DNA of 64,000 nt from the IMG/VR virus record IMGVR_UViG_3300023435_000009. The stretch is one strand, 5' to 3'. Numbering within the stretch: position 1 is the stretch's first letter; each line of letters starts with the position of its first letter. This document shows positions 47,770-56,738 of this stretch, in pieces. Source of the stretch: a virus. Taxonomy: Duplodnaviria > Caudoviricetes. The notes beneath the pieces are model-generated. The model searched no databases. It was not told the DNA's origin and saw only the letters and a program-made list of their open reading frames with translations. The position numbers and the translations under genes are program-made.

Positions 47770-48642
47770 TTAGAAGAGCCACAGAACTTGGCCAGGTAGC
47801 GCCCCATGATAACCATCTCTGAAGCGGACATTTGCGGGTACTGGTTCCGGGGTCACCTGTCCGACCTTGATTGTGTAGGAACACGATCCCGTACAGGTGA
47901 CGGCAAAATAGTTAGGAACGTGCGCCTGTCGTATCTCTACCAGCTCGTTATAGAGCACCTCGGGTGTCTGATGTCCCCCATACGGTAGTTCTTCCCAAGC
48001 AAAGAGCACCTTTCCTTTGTGGCGCACCTGCCCCAGGAAGACGGCTTGCTTGTGGGCCTGCAACCCTTTATAGATGCCACCCACGACGAGATCCTTGACC
48101 CGTAGCTTCCCACCACGGGGGAGCCGCCGTTGCGCCTCTACTTTCTCCAGATCCTTGTAGAGGAGAGAGTTCATCGGGGCCAGTCGCATCGAAGATCCGA
48201 GCTTCACCCACCTGAACGGTCCCTCCAGGATCCCGTCCGGGGGAATCCCCTGGGTGAAGATGATGTAGAGGATCACATCCTCCCGCAGATCCACAAGGTG
48301 GTTTTCGGGGGTCATTACCTTCCAGGCACGTCCACCTTCCGCCCGGAGGTCAAGCCCCACGAGCTTCAGGTAGGGGATCGGGTCATTGTCCCGCAGGTCG
48401 AAGGTGGCGTCGTCGGCCCTGTCCACCACACCACCGACGTTACCCAACGTCCAGTAACGAGCGGTGGTGTCCTTTTTGGACTTGGCGTCAACGACCATGA
48501 CGGGGGTGGCATGCACCATCCCCACGTACATCTGCTGCTCGATAGGTTCCCTGGCGAAGACTTTGAGCTTCTCCGGGATGCCCCCGCTGTTGCCTCTCTT
48601 GGCGTAGATGTTCATATCCCCCTCCTCAGCACCAGTAGGCAT
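47770..48642 (-). CDS. hypothetical protein
   Basis: long ORF in a minus-strand operon. Confidence 0.65.
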   Translation of the reverse strand: MPTGAEEGDMNIYAKRGNSGGIPEKLKVFAREPIEQQMYVGMVHATPVMVVDAKSKKDTTARYWTLGNVGGVVDRADDATFDLRDNDPIPYLKLVGLDLRAEGGRAWKVMTPENHLVDLREDVILYIIFTQGIPPDGILEGPFRWVKLGSSMRLAPMNSLLYKDLEKVEAQRRLPRGGKLRVKDLVVGGIYKGLQAHKQAVFLGQVRHKGKVLFAWEELPYGGHQTPEVLYNELVEIRQAHVPNYFAVTCTGSCSYTIKVGQVTPEPVPANVRFRDGYHGALPGQVLWLF

Positions 48643-49498
48643 AGAGCAGCGGCCTCAACTGATCGAGGAAAGCCGCAGGGTCGATCACACAGTCCAACCA
48701 CAAGACCAGGGCCACCACGGTCATTGGCAGGGGTGGGCGGAAGTCCCGCTTCAGGTGCCGTAGGAGGGCTCCTGTGGCCATAGGTCCGTATAGGTCGTCC
48801 CCTCGTACCCTTGGACCCCTCCGGACCCCTGTAAGGTAGGAGTAGGTCGAGTCACAGAGCTTCACCGGCCCCAACTCGTCCACGATGTTCCCCAATTCAT
48901 CCGGCGAGGGCACGGGGGCGGTGGGATCCAACCTGAAACTCCGTGCTGGTTTGCGGAACCGGATGCGGAAGCCGTTGTAGGGATAGATGCCGGATTGCCT
49001 GAGGCGACGCACCCTCGTCTGTTGTCCGTGCCACTGGGACTCCTCGACCCAATCCAGGGTGTTGTCCCTGCGGTGCCACTGGGTGGAGCACTCAGGTGGG
49101 ACGAACATCAGCACCTGGGGATCGCCACCCTCCGTTTCATGGATGAAACACTGTTCCGGTGCCACCCCGAACATCCGCTGGGGATCACGCTCCAGCATCT
49201 GTTCAATCATCTGGATGTCCCACTGGAAGCTGTGCCCCGAGATCGCACGGGGATCCTCCCTGCGGTGAAGCTCGATGATGTCAGCCTTGTTCCGTTGCAT
49301 CCAGGACATGAAATCCTGAAGGCTCGTGGCACACCGCTCCTCGGCGGTAGCGGCGAGCTTCTCCCAGTCTAGCCGGGGGTCCAACATCGTTGGATTGAGG
49401 GTGTCGGGGGAATCGATCTTCAGGTTGGTGATCCCGTAGCCGACAGTTTTGTGGACCCGGATACCCATCAGATCTCCCCGATCTTTGCCGCCAGCCAC
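48626..49498 (-). CDS. hypothetical protein
   Basis: long ORF in a minus-strand operon. Confidence 0.65.
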   Translation of the reverse strand: MAGGKDRGDLMGIRVHKTVGYGITNLKIDSPDTLNPTMLDPRLDWEKLAATAEERCATSLQDFMSWMQRNKADIIELHRREDPRAISGHSFQWDIQMIEQMLERDPQRMFGVAPEQCFIHETEGGDPQVLMFVPPECSTQWHRRDNTLDWVEESQWHGQQTRVRRLRQSGIYPYNGFRIRFRKPARSFRLDPTAPVPSPDELGNIVDELGPVKLCDSTYSYLTGVRRGPRVRGDDLYGPMATGALLRHLKRDFRPPLPMTVVALVLWLDCVIDPAAFLDQLRPLLYAYWC

Positions 49499-49842
49499 CG
49501 GGCCATATTCCAGCCCACCTCGGTGGGTTCAAATCGAGCCGTGGGGGAGAAGTGTTCCGTGTTTTCCGAGAAGTGAGGGTCGATCTTCCCCTGTCGGAGC
49601 AACTGTGCCAGGGTCACGTTCAGGAACAGGAGCACCTTGCGGCCCTCGTAGTTGGTGCAGTCCAGGTACTCGATCTCGATGATCAACGCCCCTGGGTGGT
49701 CTTCATCCCAACGCAGGACTTTGTAGCGGGACGGGTCAGGGTTGGGGAGAGGAGGCGCAGGGGTTGAGGGTTGGGGGCAACAGCCGCCACGGGGTTTGTC
49801 AAAGGAACTCATGCTGTTACTGAACCCAATGTGAAGACCCAT
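49468..49842 (-). CDS. hypothetical phage protein
   Basis: IEYLDCTNYEGRKVLL motif. Confidence 0.6.
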   Translation of the reverse strand: MGLHIGFSNSMSSFDKPRGGCCPQPSTPAPPLPNPDPSRYKVLRWDEDHPGALIIEIEYLDCTNYEGRKVLLFLNVTLAQLLRQGKIDPHFSENTEHFSPTARFEPTEVGWNMARWLAAKIGEI

Positions 49843-50015
49843 CTAAAACCTCTCGATGAAGACGTGTGTGACGGTGATCCGCCGCACCAATCCTCTTTGA
49901 GCGTCCCTGACCTTTCCCGTTTCAGAGAAGCGTATCACCTCATCTACTCGAAGCCTGCCTTTGATGATCAAAACACGCTGCGTGGAGTGGGTTCCGACCT
50001 TGGCTATTATCCATT

Positions 50016-50729
50016 TCAAGGGGCTTCACCGATGGCCTCCTGCTGGAGCTTGTCCAGGTTGAGTACCAGCCCGCAGCGGTTGCATCTCATGTCGCAGAGG
50101 TTGCGGGTCACGGTCTCGGGGCTGTCCCACACGGTCCCGATAGGGTGGCACGAGGATGCTTCCCCGGCGACCACGGTGCCGTCCGGATTGATAGAGGGCG
50201 TACAGAACTTCCCCAGACCCCAGAGGTATGCCAGCGCCTGCCCCACGTTCCCGAAAGATCGGGCACAGCTTCGAAGGTTGAAGCAGTAAGGGGTGAGCCG
50301 GTTGCACAGGAGCTTATTGGTCAAAGCCCGCCCGAAGGGGGCAACCTGTCGGATCTGGTTTTCGTATTTGACCTTGGGGTGGGGGAACACCTTGATCGTG
50401 TCGGGGTAGAATCGGGGATCGTTGGTGACCTGGACACCCCACACCTGGGGAAGCACCTGCTCCCGTAGTTCCTCATTGGCCAAGAAGAGTCCGTTGGACA
50501 TCAGAAGCACCTTCAGCCCCATCGTGTTGGCGACACTCAGGAAGGTCAACAGATTGGGGTTCTCCGTGGGCTCCCCGCCGCTCAGGAACACCACGGGGGC
50601 GTCCAGACTGCGAAGGAAGTTCAGGGCCATTAGGTACGTGTTGAAGGCCATGTGCGCCCCGTTGTGGCTGGCCTCAATCAGGCAGTGGGTGCAGCCCATC
50701 GTGCAGCAGTTGGTGATTCGGATCAGCAA
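50016..50729 (-). CDS. radical SAM protein
   Basis: ITNCCTMGCTHC (CxxxCxxC), SGGEPT, SNG; C-terminal Cys cluster. Confidence 0.85.
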   Translation of the reverse strand: MLIRITNCCTMGCTHCLIEASHNGAHMAFNTYLMALNFLRSLDAPVVFLSGGEPTENPNLLTFLSVANTMGLKVLLMSNGLFLANEELREQVLPQVWGVQVTNDPRFYPDTIKVFPHPKVKYENQIRQVAPFGRALTNKLLCNRLTPYCFNLRSCARSFGNVGQALAYLWGLGKFCTPSINPDGTVVAGEASSCHPIGTVWDSPETVTRNLCDMRCNRCGLVLNLDKLQQEAIGEAP

Positions 50730-51929
50730 AGTTACCTCCTAAAGAGGGGTTTCCGTTGTGTTGCACATCACGCTTCCCTTAACCGTTCACCCGCTTCATA
50801 CAGGATAATGCCTCGTCGGTCGTCCCACTCTATGTCCAACGCCATCGTTAACAGGATGTCAGCTAGTAGCGTGTTTGGGACAGCCCCCAAGAACGGTGGG
50901 TCTATCGTTTTGTCCAGCCATCCTCGTATGCGTTTCTCTTGCAAAGGTTCTAACGGAAACCGCCCCAAAAGTACCAGCATTTCTTTGACCGTTGCCATTA
51001 GCAGCTTCCTTTTGGCTGTATGGCCCCGGCCCTCACGGAAACGTCCTGGCCGTCCAGCGAAAGGGTCACGGCCCCACCCTCACAGAGGCGGCAAAGGAGT
51101 TTGTTGGCGTCTTTGACGTAGATGGGGATGCCTGTAATCGCCCGGAACACCACGAACCCTTTCCGAGTCTGGCGGTCCTCCTGGTGGTATCTCTCCTGAA
51201 CCAATCTGGACTCATCGAGGGGTTCCCATTTGGGATGGCCATAGCCAGGAGCGAACTGACTGACGGAACGAGGGATGAAGTCCCCGATGGAAATCGTATG
51301 TTTAGGGAAGCCCGTCATGTGTTTATAGTCCTGTGATAACGGATCTCACAAGCAGCCACAGCGTCCGCACCCGTATTGTAGCCTTCGAACTCTCTAACCG
51401 TATTGAGCCCGCAAGTCCAGTGCTTCCCTACGTTGCAGATCATCCCCACGTGCCTGTGTCCTTCCAGCACAATGTATGCTTCCTGAGTGTCCTCCTGCCA
51501 AGCTCCCGTTTCCGAAGTACCCTCGAAGGACACGGGACGAAGATGGTAACGATCAGGCAACTTGGGACGAGACCCCGAAAGCACAGAGCGTGTCAACGCT
51601 TTTACTTTGCGCTGGTAGCGGACAACCTCGAACAGGCCAAGGATCAGGAAGGCAATGCCAACAACGACATAGGCATTCATCACTCTACCTCCCAACCGGG
51701 CTGGACCCACATGACCTCGTTGCGTTCCTTCACGATGACTTTGCAGATTTCGTCATCGGCGGACATCTTGATCCCGTCACGGGAACAGCCGACCACTTCC
51801 TTCGTGGCGGTGTCCTTGTAAACGGTCGGGACGTCGGACAGGACGAACAGTAGAGCGACAAAGGCGAACGCCGCCAGGATACCAAGGGTACGAAGGGGAT
51901 GTTTCATTTTGTTATGCCTCCTACCCTGT

Positions 51930-51957
51930 CTACTCAGGGGTCGGCTCAGATGATCCC
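51930..51957 (-). promoter_or_regulatory. conserved bipartite motif (putative phage promoter)
   Basis: GGGATCATCT-N12-GAGTAG; its TAG is the stop of the MTase gene. Confidence 0.8.
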
Positions 51958-53672
51958 TCATCATCACCCCACAGATCTTGGAACGTTTGTTGGTCCCAAA
52001 CCCTGTCGTTATCCTTCTTGCGTAAAATGTAAATTGGATCCGGGAGTGGAACATACTCTTCCCGAGGGCGGTAGAGGGGTAACAAAGGCTTCTTCCCCCT
52101 CTCATAGTCGTCCCAGGACAAAACCTGGATCCGGGGACACCTCGGATTAGGAGAAACCGGAAGAGCGTCGTTGGTTTCCTTCAGATACCGTGCATCTGAA
52201 TCATTCATGGGATACAGGCTGTAGGTTACGAAATAGGGTGGACGAGAACGCACACCACGGATCAAACCGTCCTCTAACTTGGCACGAGCCTTCCCAATCT
52301 TATTCTGAAGTGACCCGGTCTGTGCCGTGATGTCCACCCAGGCCAGTAAAGTCCCGTCCTCCCTGTACAACCTTCCGTCTTTACCCCCATCAGCACCAAG
52401 GGAGTCTGATCCCTCCGCCTCCAATAAAGCCACCCACACTTGTTCCAGTTTTTTATGTCCCTTCAACCCTTTGAGCACCTTGCTGTTGAAGGCTGGATTG
52501 GTGCTCAATTTATGCGCTCCGGCGTAGGTGCGAGGTGACCCGGTCAATTCGATTTTGTCTAACGCAGGTGACTCAGGAAAAGCCTTCGTCAGACGCTCCA
52601 ATGCAAACTCCGGGAAGTGGATGTTCACATCGGAGACCCAGAACCGGCGGTTTGTTCTCATCGCAGCCACCGCCGTTGTTCCTGTTCCTCCAAAGGGATC
52701 GATAACCAGATCGCCTTCTTTGGTGGTGGCTTTAATGAGGGCCTCCACCAGAGCTTCCGGTTTCTGTGTACTATTGGCCCATTTGCCTTTCACTTTTTCT
52801 TTGGGTGTGAGGAAAAGGTTATCCCAAAAATGGGATGCATTTTTAAGGATGCCCCCGTCGCCCACGTAAACCTTCTTCCAGGGACGCCGGTAGATCCCTC
52901 CGTCCTTTGCCTTACTGTCCGTGTAGTCCAACAGCCCTTGATCCTCGTACTCTTGCATCGTTTTCCGGGTGATGCCCCTGATGCATTTGTACCCCGTCCA
53001 TTCATAGGTATAGGCGGGATGTCCTCCGATCAGGTCCGAGCGTGTGTACTCTCCAATTGCGTCCGTGTAGGTTTGCCTTCGGCACTTTAGGGGGATCTGA
53101 TGGCTCTCCCAATAGGGTTTGGCTCCCCCCTTCCAGATCACTGTCAACGTGTCCACGCAACGTCCCTGCCACTGGGTGTTGGGGCGTTCCTTAGAGGTTC
53201 TTCTCCAGTAGATGGGCTCTGCTGGGGTGTTGAAAATATAACGGCAGAGGGTGTGTATGGTAGTCCCGAACTTGTCATCCGCATGGAAGATCAAAGCGTG
53301 ACCGGGTCTCAGTGCCCGGTGGGACTTCCAGATGATATAGGCCACATTGATCAGAAAGGCCCATTCTGAATTGGGCCTTAGTACCTTCTCCATCTCAAGG
53401 AAGTCCAGTAGGCCCGTACACTTTTGAAGGGCCTTTTCTGCTCTCACTGTTTCCTCCGAGGCCATTTTGGACAAGGCGCTAAAAGCCTTGTTCTGAGCTT
53501 CGTCCGCTCCCTCTAACCCATAAACAGGGTTAAGGGTGTACGGTGGATCCAGGTAGATGCACCCCGCTACATTCTCGGGCGTTAACAGAGGGGACAGAAC
53601 GTCCCCAACATGACCGAAACCGAGCCAATTGCCATCATCGTAAAGCATTTTGAGCACCTCCTTTTCAGACAC
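51930..53672 (-). CDS. N6-adenine DNA methyltransferase with C-terminal restriction-endonuclease-like region
   Basis: IYLDPPY, TQKPEAL, DPFGGTGTT; C-terminal ADGGKDG...WVDI segment. Confidence 0.85.
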   Translation of the reverse strand: MSEKEVLKMLYDDGNWLGFGHVGDVLSPLLTPENVAGCIYLDPPYTLNPVYGLEGADEAQNKAFSALSKMASEETVRAEKALQKCTGLLDFLEMEKVLRPNSEWAFLINVAYIIWKSHRALRPGHALIFHADDKFGTTIHTLCRYIFNTPAEPIYWRRTSKERPNTQWQGRCVDTLTVIWKGGAKPYWESHQIPLKCRRQTYTDAIGEYTRSDLIGGHPAYTYEWTGYKCIRGITRKTMQEYEDQGLLDYTDSKAKDGGIYRRPWKKVYVGDGGILKNASHFWDNLFLTPKEKVKGKWANSTQKPEALVEALIKATTKEGDLVIDPFGGTGTTAVAAMRTNRRFWVSDVNIHFPEFALERLTKAFPESPALDKIELTGSPRTYAGAHKLSTNPAFNSKVLKGLKGHKKLEQVWVALLEAEGSDSLGADGGKDGRLYREDGTLLAWVDITAQTGSLQNKIGKARAKLEDGLIRGVRSRPPYFVTYSLYPMNDSDARYLKETNDALPVSPNPRCPRIQVLSWDDYERGKKPLLPLYRPREEYVPLPDPIYILRKKDNDRVWDQQTFQDLWGDDEGSSEPTPE

Positions 53673-54193
53673 TTCTACCCCAACGGGTGTGAAAGGAACG
53701 GAAAACCAGCGCTTTGGGTGGCTGTGTTAGGAGGCGGGAGGTACCTTCCGACCCGGACCCCAGATGCCGTGCTCAAATCCCGTGGTGCTTTACGAGCCCG
53801 TATGGTCCCACACACCGTCGCCCAGGTATGTGATGTCGTCCCAGATCGTGCCATGGGATTTTCCCACGTCGGTACTGAAACTGTAGATCATCACGGTGCC
53901 ATCGTTCAGTCGGCAATAGGAGTTGGTCTTTCTGCCCACGAAAGTGCTCAGTTTAGAGCTTTCCGCCAGGGCCGAAAACCAGAAGGATCTCTGATCAGTC
54001 CTATTTCGCATGGGGGTAATCTCCTCTTTGTTGAAGACCGCTGCATCGCAGAGGGGCTCGAAGAAGCCACCCTCGGACAGTGGTTTGCAAGCGTATTGAT
54101 CTGGATCTGCCGGAGTCCCTCTGTTCCATTCCGCTGCACAATGGAGAACGTGCTTGCAGTCCTTACAACGGAGTAGGTCCTTTCGGGACGACA

Positions 54194-54598
54194 TCACTCC
54201 TCGACCTGAACGATGATGACCTTCGCCACGTTGCCCATGGGGAAGGTTTCCTTCAGGGCCTTGTGCGGACCACGAGCCGGGACCAACACCTCGATGTGGT
54301 GCTCCGAGAAGGAGATCAGCGTACCACGGGCACCCGTCGCCCCAGGCCCCTTGGTCCGGGGGACCACCTCGACGGTGTCGCCCCGCCTGTAGGACACGCA
54401 GGTGCTGTATATGGACTTCGAGGGCAGGCTGTCTTTGAGGACCTGGATCAGGGCCGGTCTCAGTATGTCCCCGAGGATGGTGGCGAAGTGTTTCGTCAGC
54501 GTCTTCATCCGTTCCTCGGGGTACCCCCCGAAGATGTCCCACACGGCCCTGCTAACCCCCGTCCTCACGAGGTCTTTCTGGTCTTCCATCGACAACAT
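54194..54598 (-). CDS. hypothetical protein
   Basis: AAGGAG RBS; follows rtcB. Confidence 0.55.
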   Translation of the reverse strand: MLSMEDQKDLVRTGVSRAVWDIFGGYPEERMKTLTKHFATILGDILRPALIQVLKDSLPSKSIYSTCVSYRRGDTVEVVPRTKGPGATGARGTLISFSEHHIEVLVPARGPHKALKETFPMGNVAKVIIVQVEE

Positions 54599-54619
54599 AG
54601 CGACGCTCCTTCGGGGCTG

Positions 54620-55807
54620 TTACGCCCCTGCCTTGAAGTTGTAGACCGGCTTCAACCGGGCCTTGATTTCGACCGTGTCCCCGATGCAGTCCTCAACGGT
54701 CTGCGAGTCCTTATATGCCATCGGAGCTTCATCCAAGGTTTTCCGGGTCACACAGGAGGTCCAAACGTCCTTCATCGTGTCCCTGAATTCCTCCAGGGAC
54801 AACTCCCGCTTGGCCCTTCCCCGAGCCATCTTCCGTCCGGCCCCGTGGGGTGCCGAGTTGTTCCAGTCCTCGTTACCTTTGCCTTCGCCCAAAATACACC
54901 CATCCCGCATATTCCAGGGTATGATGAGTTCTTCCCCTGCCTTGGCCGAGATGGCACCCTTGCGGATGATGTCGTCGTTCCCGATGAAGTTGTGTACCGA
55001 TGTGACCATTTCCAGGTCTGCCAGTTTCAACCCGAAAAAGCGTACCAGTTCTGTAGCCATCACCAAACGGTTCAGGGCTGCCAACTGTTGGGCCAGACGC
55101 ATTTCACGAAGATAGGACCGAGCGTCATCTCCAGTCAGCCAAGCGAGACCACCCCAGGAACCCAACTTGGTCTTGGCAACATTTTGATGCTTCTCAGCTA
55201 CCCGTAGACCGAAATTCCGGGAACCGGAATGGATAATCAGCCAAACATCTGCACCGTCCTTTTCCTGATCCAGTTCTAAGAAGTGGTTCCCTGACCCCAA
55301 AGAACCAAGAGAATGCCACACCTTACTCCCATCTCCTCGGGCACTCCAGTCCACATCATTCACGGTGTCCTGAAAATCAGACCAGGAAGGGCCTCTCCCC
55401 AAGTAGTGTTTGAACAAGTATGGGAGGTCTTTGGACACCTCTGTTCGGTTCCGAAACCCCGAAGGGACATGGGTTCGCAAATGCTTATCGAAAGCTTCGA
55501 AATCAGTCTGATCTTTGGTTGTGCCCGTTAACCGAACAGCGTTTACGCCGCACCCAATATCGACCCCAACAAGAGAGGGCACAACAGCCAAGTCCTCCTC
55601 ATCCAGGGGGCAGGTGAATCCGATCACACAACCAAAGCCTGCGTGATGATCGGGCATGATCCTCACTTTGGCCCCCGCAAAAGCGGGGAGATCCAAGAGT
55701 GCGTAGATCTGCTGAGCCTCCAATTGATCTGGGTAGTCCCCGTAAACAACAGCCGTTGTCCGGCCTCCCTGAATGGTGTGTCCTATACTCATTAAACCCT
55801 CCGTCAC
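54620..55807 (-). CDS. rtcB: RNA ligase RtcB
   Basis: IMPDHHAG, GVDIGCG, SLGSGNHFLE, IHSGSRNFG, HNF, PHGAGR, LDEAPMAYK. Confidence 0.95.
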   Translation of the reverse strand: MTEGLMSIGHTIQGGRTTAVVYGDYPDQLEAQQIYALLDLPAFAGAKVRIMPDHHAGFGCVIGFTCPLDEEDLAVVPSLVGVDIGCGVNAVRLTGTTKDQTDFEAFDKHLRTHVPSGFRNRTEVSKDLPYLFKHYLGRGPSWSDFQDTVNDVDWSARGDGSKVWHSLGSLGSGNHFLELDQEKDGADVWLIIHSGSRNFGLRVAEKHQNVAKTKLGSWGGLAWLTGDDARSYLREMRLAQQLAALNRLVMATELVRFFGLKLADLEMVTSVHNFIGNDDIIRKGAISAKAGEELIIPWNMRDGCILGEGKGNEDWNNSAPHGAGRKMARGRAKRELSLEEFRDTMKDVWTSCVTRKTLDEAPMAYKDSQTVEDCIGDTVEIKARLKPVYNFKAGA

Positions 55808-55813
55808 AAGGGT

Positions 55814-55841
55814 CTACTCAAGTGGGACCACGGATGATCCC
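55814..55841 (-). promoter_or_regulatory. conserved bipartite motif upstream of rtcB
   Basis: GGGATCATCC-N12-GAGTAG; its TAG is the stop of the endonuclease gene. Confidence 0.8.
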
Positions 55842-56626
55842 ACTTGGTGTTTTAAACGCCAAGCACGGGCAGTGACACTTTTTTCTGTTCTCCCAAGCCG
55901 TTGTGCCGCTACATAAGGGAGTTCGGCCCAAACAACGGCATCTTCTTCCGGGGTCCACCTTTTGTAGGGTGGCCTTTGTCGCATTTCAGGAGGTCTCTGC
56001 CAAAGTAGGACAGTGGCTGATGCCTTCTGTTTGCGCTCTAAGGCCAATGCTCCTGGATAATAAAAGGCTTGCACCAAGGACTGAGCATCCTCCTTCAAGT
56101 ACATTATATTGAACATGTTGTCTCTTTTGTTAGGCTGTAATTTTCGGGGCTTACCCGTGATGGCTTGACAAAAACTCATGAAGGCGGCAGCGATGTGGGG
56201 GCTTTTCGTGCCGAAACTGACAAAAGGAAAACCTTTTCCTGTGATGCCTACGGATCCATCTGCATCAAGCCACCCCCGAAAATAGTCAGAAGCAGAAAAG
56301 GGGGTCTCGGGGGTTTTTACAGAGGTAGACTTTTTACCCGCAGGAAGTCCTAATCTCTGCAACTCCTTTCTGAAATGCCAATTGGACACCCTGAGGCTAC
56401 AGGACTCATAACCCTGTTTGAAGTTTGTGTCCCGGCAACGTGTAGACACACTAGAGTAAAAAGGGATGAGCTTCTGAAAGGCACACAAAAGAGGCTTATC
56501 CGAAATCTGAAGTTCGATTGTTAATTTGCCCTTGTTACCTGGACCTTGCCACAGGTGGCCGTCTGCCTGTGTAAAACCGAAAAAGTAGGCCCATTGGGGA
56601 TCCCTGAGATCAATGTTGTAAGTCAT
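55814..56626 (-). CDS. double-motif LAGLIDADG homing endonuclease
   Basis: YFFGFTQADG and YFRGWLDADGS motifs. Confidence 0.9.
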   Translation of the reverse strand: MTYNIDLRDPQWAYFFGFTQADGHLWQGPGNKGKLTIELQISDKPLLCAFQKLIPFYSSVSTRCRDTNFKQGYESCSLRVSNWHFRKELQRLGLPAGKKSTSVKTPETPFSASDYFRGWLDADGSVGITGKGFPFVSFGTKSPHIAAAFMSFCQAITGKPRKLQPNKRDNMFNIMYLKEDAQSLVQAFYYPGALALERKQKASATVLLWQRPPEMRQRPPYKRWTPEEDAVVWAELPYVAAQRLGRTEKSVTARAWRLKHQVGSSVVPLE

Positions 56627-56648
56627 GGTGACAACCTCCTGTCACCAT
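56625..56648 (-). promoter_or_regulatory. hairpin sequestering the translation start
   Basis: ATGGTGACA-GGAGGT-TGTCACCAT: perfect 9-bp stem with the SD in the loop and the AT of ATG in the stem. Confidence 0.75.
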
Positions 56649-56738
56649 TTCCTTGTGGATAGCCATTTTATTGAGATGCCTTTAGGACCCGTTCCCTGTT
56701 GTAGAACGCTGCAGTGGGGAATGGGACTATGGGGTCCG

